Assembly (NCBI GenBank): GCA_021780815.1
Contig: JAJXYC010000009.1
Location: forward strand, 31,157-95,156
Direction: 5' to 3'
Length of the DNA: 64,000 bases
Source of the DNA: Bacteroidota bacterium
GTDB lineage: Bacteria; Bacteroidota; Ignavibacteria; Kapaibacteriales; UBA2268
Position 1 is the first letter of the stretch. Each line of letters begins with the position of its first letter. Position numbers and translations under genes: made by a program. Under the pieces are notes generated by a model that did no database searches, was not told where the DNA came from, and saw only the letters and a list, made by a program, of their open reading frames with translations. This document shows positions 51,289-58,177 of the stretch, piece after piece.

Positions 51289-51687
51289 ATGATTAACGCA
51301 ATTACAGGAGTACCTGCAATTATTACAAACCCAACCGAAAATACAAAAGCCGATGCAAATCAAAAAAATAATAATATTGCAGTACAAGAACAAAATCAAG
51401 TAAACACAAAAACTGACAGTAATGTGAATAGTGCCGATAGCTCGCAAACTTCACTTGGAAAGGTTAATTATAACGATTTAGCTGATAATATTAAATCTTT
51501 ACTTGATTTAAGCAATGTTACTTTGAAATTTAAGGTTGATGATGTGACAAAAAAAACAATTTTGCAAATAATTGATAGTAAAACTAAAGAAGTAATTCAA
51601 CAAGTGCCACCTGAAATTTCATTGAAAATTGCTCGTTTTATTGCTGAACAATTAGGTCAAGGGCGGGTTACAAATGCTAAAATATGA
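51289..51687 (+). CDS. flaG: FlaG-like flagellar protein
   Basis: 132 aa. C-terminal FKVDDVTKKTILQIIDSKTKEVIQQVPPEISLKIARFI matches the FlaG family. Confidence 0.65.
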   Translation: MINAITGVPAIITNPTENTKADANQKNNNIAVQEQNQVNTKTDSNVNSADSSQTSLGKVNYNDLADNIKSLLDLSNVTLKFKVDDVTKKTILQIIDSKTKEVIQQVPPEISLKIARFIAEQLGQGRVTNAKI

Positions 51688-52024
51688 TGCTTTGCTAAAT
51701 TGTATCGAGCGAATTGAAAAAATTACTACTGAAATTCATCTTCTCCTTATCAAAGGAGAATCTATGGATTATTCAGATATTATGGCTATCAATAACTTGT
51801 ATTTTGAAAGAAAATCTGTTCTTTCTGAATTTGAACAATTTGCTCTTACCGATGAAGGTAAAAACATCTTAAATCAAAATTCTGCAATTATTAATAATTT
51901 TATTATTAAATTGCAAGAAAATGATAAGAACAATATTGTTTTATTAAAAAATAAAATACAAAGTCTGGCAAATAAATTAAAAGAATTAAATATAAATAAA
52001 TCTTTAATGATTTATCAAAAATAA
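51674..52024 (+). CDS. Hypothetical small helical protein in flagellar locus (possible FliT/FlgN-like chaperone)
   Basis: 116 aa predicted all-helical protein. Assignment rests on position between flaG and flgM-like only. Confidence 0.3.
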   Translation: MLKYDALLNCIERIEKITTEIHLLLIKGESMDYSDIMAINNLYFERKSVLSEFEQFALTDEGKNILNQNSAIINNFIIKLQENDKNNIVLLKNKIQSLANKLKELNINKSLMIYQK

Positions 52025-52051
52025 TAGTGATAAACAAAATATGGTATATAT

Positions 52052-52318
52052 ATGGAAGTAAAATCAATCAACAAACAAAAAGCAGTTATCCAGTCGGGTG
52101 TTGCTGATAAGAAAAAAACTAAAAGCACTGACGATGCAAAAGAACCTCCTACATCCCAAGTTACTGATACTTTTGAGCAAACCCCTGATTTGACACAACT
52201 TAAACCTGTTATGGATAAACTTCGCTCAGGTTATTTTGATAAACCAGAAGTGCTACAAAAGTTAGCAAGTATTCTTGATGAGAAGTTCCCGCCCGAAATG
52301 CTGAATAAAGTCGAATAA
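52052..52318 (+). CDS. flgM: Anti-sigma-28 factor FlgM-like protein
   Basis: 88 aa. C-terminal LKPVMDKLRSGYFDKPEVLQKLASIL resembles the FlgM sigma-28-binding helix region. Confidence 0.5.
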   Translation: MEVKSINKQKAVIQSGVADKKKTKSTDDAKEPPTSQVTDTFEQTPDLTQLKPVMDKLRSGYFDKPEVLQKLASILDEKFPPEMLNKVE

Positions 52319-52352
52319 AGTTTTTCGTTTTTAACTTTCTTAAAAAATAGTA

Positions 52353-52381
52353 AAGGTTGTCTTACAAGACAGCCTTTTTTA
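52353..52381 (+). terminator. Rho-independent terminator closing the flagellar late operon
   Basis: GGTTGTCTT-ACAA-GACAGCC stem followed by T6ATTCTTTCTTTTTC. Confidence 0.65.
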
Positions 52382-52464
52382 TTCTTTCTTTTTCTAAAAG
52401 GGACATTCCGATTGATTTATCAAATTCAATTTAATTTTTATAATTTATTTTAAAAATATTTTTT

Positions 52465-55400
52465 TTACTGCTTTAAGAAGCCATATTCATAGACTTTGGG
52501 TTCGATTTTGCGTGCTAAGATTTTTAATTTATCTCGGAGATTGCCGATTAAATTCATGTATTTTTCATCTTCGCTTTTATTGTTCATCTTTCCTTTTTCG
52601 TTTCGACCTTGGAAATACTCACGGATATCGTATAGTGAGGCATTAACATTATAACCACCCCGTCTTGCTTCGCAATCCACCCCTCCGGTGGAGGGGAATG
52701 TCTGACTATGATAATATTTCCAAAGTTCCCGACCAGCATCGAAAACAGCTTCGGCTTCTGCGGAAAAGATTAGTTTTTCATTTTCTTTATTTAATTGATT
52801 GTTATTGGAAAACACCCCTTGCGTCCCCTCTAAAAGAGGGGAATTATTTGAGAACACCCCTTGCGTCCCCTCTAAAAGAGGGGAATTATTTGAGAACACC
52901 CCTTGCGTCCCCTCTAAAAGAGGGGAATTTTCTTCTTCCCCTCTCGTAGAGGGGTCAGGGGTGTTATCTATAAAATCAGGGGTGTTATCTGTTGTAACAT
53001 AATCCTTATTTTTACCTTGTAATATAGTTCTCATTTTAATTATTTCATCTTCAAGAAATTTCAAAATTCCATTAAGATTATTCATAACATCAGAAAATGT
53101 AAAATGATAGACAATTAATCCCAAACCTTTTAAATAATTATCCCTTTCAAAATCATATTCAATTTTATCATTATGACTACTTCCATCAATTTCAACAACA
53201 AATCCTAAATCTTTACAATAAAAATCAACAATAAAATTTCCAACAATTTTTTGTCGGTCAAAATCCAAACCTAAATATTTTTTATTTTTTACTTGTTCCC
53301 AAAATTTTACTTCAGCAATATTACCTGATTTCCTTAATTCTTTTGCTCTTTCAGTGAGTTTCTTATTATAAGGTAATTCATACCATTTTGGGATATATTT
53401 ATTATAATATTTTAATTGATTATTATTGGAGAACACCCCTTGCGTCTCGTCTGAAAGAGGGGAATTATTGGAGAACACCCCTTTTGTCTCGTCTGAAAGA
53501 GGGGAAATATTGGAAAACACCCCTTTTGTCTCGTCTGAAAGAGGGGAATTATTGGAGAACACCCCTTTAGTCCCCTCTAAAAGAGGGGAATTATTGGAGA
53601 ACACCCCTTGCGTCCCCTCTAAAAGAGGGGAATTCTCTTCTTCCCCTCTCGTAGAGGGGTTAGGGGTGTTATCTATAAAATCAGGGGTGTTATCTATTGT
53701 AAATAAATTTTCTTCTTCTGCTTCTCGCTTTATTTTGCCTTTGATGAAATTAGTCATAAAATTACTTCCAAATTTTTCTTTGGCATTTACTTCACTTTCT
53801 GTAAATGGGAGCCAGTGATTTGTTCCTTCTTTGCTAGTAATTTTATTTTGTCCGTGGAATAAAGTGAAGGCTAAGCAATCATTTTGAAATTCTTTATCTT
53901 CTTTCCAACCATCATTTGGAAATAAAAATTGGTCTCTATCATTTAACCAAGTTGCTTCGATACAATGGCGAACAGAAAAATAAATAACACCTTCAATAAT
54001 ATTAACAGCACATAAATTATAATAATTTACATGTCTTGTTCCATACCTTACTGTTAAACATAAGAATTTATTGTTTTGAAAATCTGGTGCTGGATTCTCA
54101 ATATATCCAATTCCATTTTCAATTTTATTGTCAAATTTCTTAATCCATTTATTAATACTTTGAGGTAATTCACCATAGAAATTTTTTAATCCAATATATT
54201 TTTCTTCTTTATTATAAATATCGCAACTGATATTAGTGATTTTCTCTTTAATTTTTAAATCCCAGATAGTAAATCCGATTGGGAAACTTCCTTTCACATT
54301 GTCGAATGTGTTTGCGGGAACTATAAATCCTTTCATAAATTTTGCTTGAAAGTAATTTTTGAAATTGATAAAATTTGTTCCTTGAATAAATTTTAATGTT
54401 GAAAATTGGGCAAGGAATGATTCAGGCATTTTATCAATTATTCTTGCCATAAATAAAGCAAAAATTTCATTTGAAGCATTTCCAATTTTAGATTTATATA
54501 TTTCATTACTTTTATTTTGGTTTGCAACTCCTGATTTGTTCTCTCCTGTACCAGTTACTGTTTTAGCAGTTGTTGCTTCGGCATAAGGAGGATTAATGTA
54601 AATAACTAATTTCTTTCTTTTCTCGGGATTATTAATAATTTCGTAAAGTGGTTTGGGTAATTTATCAAAATCATCATTCAGGAAATCGAATTGGAAAACG
54701 TGTTCTTCGAGTAAATTAGCACCGTTCTTGATTCTGTCCTTCATAACTTCGACATCTTGCTTGTCGAGAGTGGAAGCCCAAATATTATATTTATTTGTTA
54801 AGCCGTTAAGCAAGTTTCCCGTACCAGCGGCACAGTCCCAAATATAATAATCGTCCTGCCAATCTTCGCCGAGAACGTCTGTTAAATACTTTTGCGAAAG
54901 TTCAACCCAAATTTGCGGAGTAAAGAAGCTGCCTTTCCGTTCTCTCACGTCTTGTGGCACGAGTAAATCACGCCTTTCGACAATATAATCCCAATATTCC
55001 TCTTTTGGAGGGCGGTCGTATTTATTCCAAAACTGATTATGAGCGGTTTGACCGTCATTGAAAGAAGTTGATTTAGAACTGAACATCCCTGATTCGTCGA
55101 TTTTCCTGTCTAATTCATAATGGTCTTTTTTTAGTAAGACGAAAAGTTTTTCTTTGAGGGTTTCGTTTTCGAGAGAAAGCAAATCAGCAAGGTAAAAATC
55201 GCCGTCGATGATGCCTGTTTTCTTGGCAATTTCCCAATTAACGGCAATTGTGGGCTTTACGTTCTGAAGCCACTTATTATAAATCACCATAAAATTATTT
55301 TTGTCGATTTTAGTTTTTGTAATCCCGAACCTACCGACAATAAAATTATTCTTAATGAACTTAATAAGGTCTTTTTCGTCCTGTTCGTAAGTAAAGAGCA

Positions 55401-55830
55401 GAGCTTTACTGTCGATGATGGACTTAACTTTCTCATGAACAAACTTAAATTCCTTCGTATCGTAATTAGAAGGAGTAACGTTCCAATTAAAATCGTTCAA
55501 ATAGAAAACATCGTGAATTTCATTATAAGGAACGAAAGCGATTTTATCGGAATCGAAAGCACCGAGAAAGGCAGGAGGCAAATGTTTATCGAAAGTTCTC
55601 GCTTTACCGATAGTAAGGATAAGCTGAACTAAAGATTTGTAGATGTCGGAAGAGCCTTTTTTAGCTTCAGCCCAAAGAAGAGATTCTTGTTCGAAAAGTT
55701 CCTGTTTGTTTTGGAACATTCGGACACAAAAATCAACATTACCAATAATAGAAGTGCAGTCATATTGCCAAAAAAAATCTTTTGCAACTTTGTTTTTGAG
55801 TTCTTCTTCTTTGATATTAAAATAATCCAT
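52465..55830 (-). CDS. MmeI-family (type IIL/IIG) single-chain restriction-modification enzyme-like protein with in-frame DUF559 (Vsr-like endonuclease) insertion flanked by tandem-repeat linkers
   Basis: 1121 aa. N-terminal segment DFCVRMF...LLWAEAKKGSSDI resembles the MmeI-family PD-ExK motif (D...hhxExK). Gamma-class MTase motifs X (GSFFTPQIWVE), I (DCAAGTGNLLNGL) and IV (VIYINPPYAEA) follow, then a TRD-like region. Residues approx 735-820 and 960-1020 are 14-aa repeats NSPLLEGTQGVFSN, and between them is a complete DUF559 domain (AKELRKSGNIAEVKFWEQV...FIVDFYCKDLGFVVEIDGSSHNDK...). Confidence 0.7.
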   Translation of the reverse strand: MDYFNIKEEELKNKVAKDFFWQYDCTSIIGNVDFCVRMFQNKQELFEQESLLWAEAKKGSSDIYKSLVQLILTIGKARTFDKHLPPAFLGAFDSDKIAFVPYNEIHDVFYLNDFNWNVTPSNYDTKEFKFVHEKVKSIIDSKALLFTYEQDEKDLIKFIKNNFIVGRFGITKTKIDKNNFMVIYNKWLQNVKPTIAVNWEIAKKTGIIDGDFYLADLLSLENETLKEKLFVLLKKDHYELDRKIDESGMFSSKSTSFNDGQTAHNQFWNKYDRPPKEEYWDYIVERRDLLVPQDVRERKGSFFTPQIWVELSQKYLTDVLGEDWQDDYYIWDCAAGTGNLLNGLTNKYNIWASTLDKQDVEVMKDRIKNGANLLEEHVFQFDFLNDDFDKLPKPLYEIINNPEKRKKLVIYINPPYAEATTAKTVTGTGENKSGVANQNKSNEIYKSKIGNASNEIFALFMARIIDKMPESFLAQFSTLKFIQGTNFINFKNYFQAKFMKGFIVPANTFDNVKGSFPIGFTIWDLKIKEKITNISCDIYNKEEKYIGLKNFYGELPQSINKWIKKFDNKIENGIGYIENPAPDFQNNKFLCLTVRYGTRHVNYYNLCAVNIIEGVIYFSVRHCIEATWLNDRDQFLFPNDGWKEDKEFQNDCLAFTLFHGQNKITSKEGTNHWLPFTESEVNAKEKFGSNFMTNFIKGKIKREAEEENLFTIDNTPDFIDNTPNPSTRGEEENSPLLEGTQGVFSNNSPLLEGTKGVFSNNSPLSDETKGVFSNISPLSDETKGVFSNNSPLSDETQGVFSNNNQLKYYNKYIPKWYELPYNKKLTERAKELRKSGNIAEVKFWEQVKNKKYLGLDFDRQKIVGNFIVDFYCKDLGFVVEIDGSSHNDKIEYDFERDNYLKGLGLIVYHFTFSDVMNNLNGILKFLEDEIIKMRTILQGKNKDYVTTDNTPDFIDNTPDPSTRGEEENSPLLEGTQGVFSNNSPLLEGTQGVFSNNSPLLEGTQGVFSNNNQLNKENEKLIFSAEAEAVFDAGRELWKYYHSQTFPSTGGVDCEARRGGYNVNASLYDIREYFQGRNEKGKMNNKSEDEKYMNLIGNLRDKLKILARKIEPKVYEYGFLKQ
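52788..52985. repeat. Repeat module B: three tandem 42-bp units plus a 70-bp terminal segment
   Basis: Units at 52808, 52850 and 52892 read GAGAACACCCCTTGCGTCCCCTCTAAAAGAGGGGAATTATTT, each with the perfect palindrome CCCCTCTAAAAGAGGGG. The terminal segment has a second palindrome CCCCTCTCGTAGAGGGG and a duplicated TCAGGGGTGTTATCT. Confidence 0.9.
52986..53408 (-). other. In-frame DUF559 (Vsr/restriction-endonuclease-like fold) domain cassette lying between the two repeat modules
   Basis: The translated segment YNKYIPKWYELPYNKKLTERAKELRKSG...LGLIVYHFTFSDVMNNLNGILKFLEDEI matches the DUF559 family across its full length. Bounded by near-identical direct repeats. Confidence 0.6.
53409..53705. 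repeat. Repeat module A: five tandem 42-bp units plus the same terminal segment, about 95% identical to module B
   Basis: Units at 53429, 53471, 53513, 53555 and 53597. Units 1-3 carry a degenerate palindrome (TCTCGTCTGAAAGAGGGG), units 4-5 the intact one. Both modules are preceded by the same TTTAATTGATTRTTATTG. Confidence 0.9.
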
Positions 55831-56163
55831 AATTAGCTGTAAATTAAAGAAAAAATAAAATGTTATAACACAAAAATAAGGAAAAAAATTAATTTAGCAG
55901 GAACGATTTTTTAGGAGTCAAGCACACCTTTGATTTTTATTTGGATATACTTATGACCCTCTTTAAGAGCAGATATTTCTGCAATAAAATATAAGGGGAA
56001 AGGAGGGGCGAGATTTTCCTGTATTCTTTATTATACCGGATAAAACGATTTTTCCGATACCTTCCAAAAGCGATAATAAAAGGAGAAGTTAAAATTTTTT
56101 AAATTAAATCGTTAATTTAAAAAAAGTTAGTAATTTTGTAATCTTTGGTAAAAAATATTTGAG

Positions 56164-57246
56164 ATGAAAGAAAAAATACAAGAAATACTTTCTAATTATA
56201 ATAATTTAAAAAATAAATTAAGTGACCCAAATATATCTAATGATTTTAATGCTTTAAAAAGTATAAATAAGGATTTAAAATTAATACGTCCTGTCGCAGA
56301 GAAAGGCGAAGAATATTTAAAGTTGCTTTCAGACTTGCAGTCGGCAAAAGAGATGATGAATCAAGTGGGTCTTGAAAATGAATTGAGAGAATTGGCAAGG
56401 TTAGAATTTTCAGAACTTAATGAAAAGATAGAACAAGCGGAAGAAGATCTACGATTCTTGCTTTTACCCAAAGACCCTAACGATACAAAAGATTGTTTTG
56501 TAGAAATTAGAGCAGGCACAGGCGGAGATGAAGCAGGTATTTTTGCTGGCGATTTATACCGTATGTATCAAAAATTTGCAGATAGAAAAGGCTTTAAAAT
56601 AGAAACGATAGATTTTAATGAAAGTGAAAAAGGTGGTTTTAAGGAAGTGATTTTTTCAATTAAAGGCGAAGAGGCTTTCGGGTTGCTAAAATACGAAAGT
56701 GGAGTTCATCGTGTGCAACGTGTTCCTGAAACAGAAGCTAATGGGAGAGTTCATACTAGTGCCGCAACTGTTGCAGTTCTTCCGGAAGTTGAAGATGTTG
56801 AAATTGATATTAAAGAAGAAGATTTACGCATTGATATTTATCGTTCAGGTGGTGCAGGTGGGCAAAATGTAAATAAAGTTGAAACAGCAGTAAGAATGAT
56901 ACATATTCCAACAGGCATTGTTGTTACTTGCCAAGATGAGCGTTCTCAACTTAAAAATAAAGATAAAGCGATGAAAGTTCTACGGGCAAGATTGTACGAA
57001 TTGGAGTTAAAAAAACAGCAAGATGAAATTTCAAGTTCTCGAAAATCAATGGTAAAATCGGGTGACCGTTCTGAAAAAATTCGTACTTACAATTGGCCCC
57101 AAAATAGAGTTACTGACCATAGATTGGAAGGTGATGATAAAAACTTTTCACTCCGAGATATTATTGAAGGTGATTTAGAACCAATTATTGATAGATTAAA
57201 AATAGCAGAAAGAACTGAACTTTTAAAATCATCAGAAGTTATATAG
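56164..57246 (+). CDS. prfA: Peptide chain release factor 1
   Basis: 360 aa. GGQ motif (SGGAGGQNVNKVETAVR), PxT-type tripeptide region (VQRVPETEANGRVHTS) and RF1 length. Confidence 0.9.
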   Translation: MKEKIQEILSNYNNLKNKLSDPNISNDFNALKSINKDLKLIRPVAEKGEEYLKLLSDLQSAKEMMNQVGLENELRELARLEFSELNEKIEQAEEDLRFLLLPKDPNDTKDCFVEIRAGTGGDEAGIFAGDLYRMYQKFADRKGFKIETIDFNESEKGGFKEVIFSIKGEEAFGLLKYESGVHRVQRVPETEANGRVHTSAATVAVLPEVEDVEIDIKEEDLRIDIYRSGGAGGQNVNKVETAVRMIHIPTGIVVTCQDERSQLKNKDKAMKVLRARLYELELKKQQDEISSSRKSMVKSGDRSEKIRTYNWPQNRVTDHRLEGDDKNFSLRDIIEGDLEPIIDRLKIAERTELLKSSEVI

Positions 57247-57274
57247 ATATTTATTTTAACCACATTTTAAATAA

Positions 57275-57994
57275 ATGGAAAGGACTTGTTTAATTACAGG
57301 AAGTGGGAAACGGCTCGGACGTAGCTTAGCACTTCTTTTTGCAGAAAAAAACTGGAATGTGATTTTACATTCTTTTCACTCAAATGAGCAAGCACAGGAA
57401 GTTCAAAAATTAATCGAGAAAAAAGGGACACAAGTTTTTCACGTTACTTTTGATTTAACAAAAGTTGATGAGATTATTAATGGATTTGCTGATATTTCTA
57501 AAAATTTTATTTTTCCCGATGTCTTGATTAATAATGCGGCAATTTATCCCCAACAAATGAAAGTTGGGGATATAACAGAAAATTTTTGGGATATTGCACT
57601 TGATACTAATTTAAAATCACAGTTTTTTACAGCCAAAGAATTTTCAAAATTTGCGAAAACAGGTTCAAGGGTTATTAATATAGCGTCGTTGGGAGCGTTC
57701 TCCATTTGGAATGATAGATTGCCTTATAATGTTTCAAAAGCAGGAGTTATCCAATTAACAAAAGCATTAGCAAAAGGTTTAGCCCCAAGAATTAGTGTAA
57801 ATTCTGTATCACCTGGAACAATTGATTTGCAAGATATGCCTCCATCTGAGCCTTTACAAATTAATGCCGAAAGAATTCCTTTTAAAAGATTAGCTACGGC
57901 ATCTGACATTTTTGATGCTATTTATTTTTTTGCTACTTGTTCAAACTACATTACAGGTCAAAATATTAATGTAGATGGTGGTTTTGCCCTGTAA
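57275..57994 (+). CDS. SDR-family oxidoreductase, pteridine reductase/FolM-like
   Basis: 239 aa. ITGSGKRLG cofactor motif (the FolM/PTR1 variant of TGxxxGIG) and YxxxK active site (YNVSKAG). Folate genes folB and folK lie 3.5 kb away. Confidence 0.6.
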   Translation: MERTCLITGSGKRLGRSLALLFAEKNWNVILHSFHSNEQAQEVQKLIEKKGTQVFHVTFDLTKVDEIINGFADISKNFIFPDVLINNAAIYPQQMKVGDITENFWDIALDTNLKSQFFTAKEFSKFAKTGSRVINIASLGAFSIWNDRLPYNVSKAGVIQLTKALAKGLAPRISVNSVSPGTIDLQDMPPSEPLQINAERIPFKRLATASDIFDAIYFFATCSNYITGQNINVDGGFAL

Positions 57995-58177
57995 TATAAG
58001 TAAAAAATCTCTTTATCACCAAAAGCAGAGCATTCCTCGATTTATTAAACATAAATTTTTAACGCAAGTACTTTTCGATTAAATCCTTAAATAATTGATT
58101 ATTAAAAGGTTTAGATATATAATCATCACAACCTGCATTTAAGAACTCTTCTTTATCACCTTTCAAAGCAAAAGCCG

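Noticed and set aside
52788-53705. Considered whether the 42-bp palindromic repeats form a CRISPR array
   Set aside because: Units are directly tandem with no spacers, lie inside and in-frame with an ORF, and the two blocks are long direct duplicates of each other. No cas genes are present.
52665-53818. Plus-strand ORFs in the track (52665..52949, 52799..53002, 53388..53570, 53426..53818) with repetitive TPLASPLKEGNY-type translations
   Set aside because: They are simply the opposite-strand reading of the 42-bp repeat arrays inside the large minus-strand gene, so they are not independent genes.
52465-55830. Integrative element or prophage context for the R-M gene
   Set aside because: No integrase, recombinase, transposase or att-like direct repeats flank the gene. 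Only the internal repeat modules are repeated.
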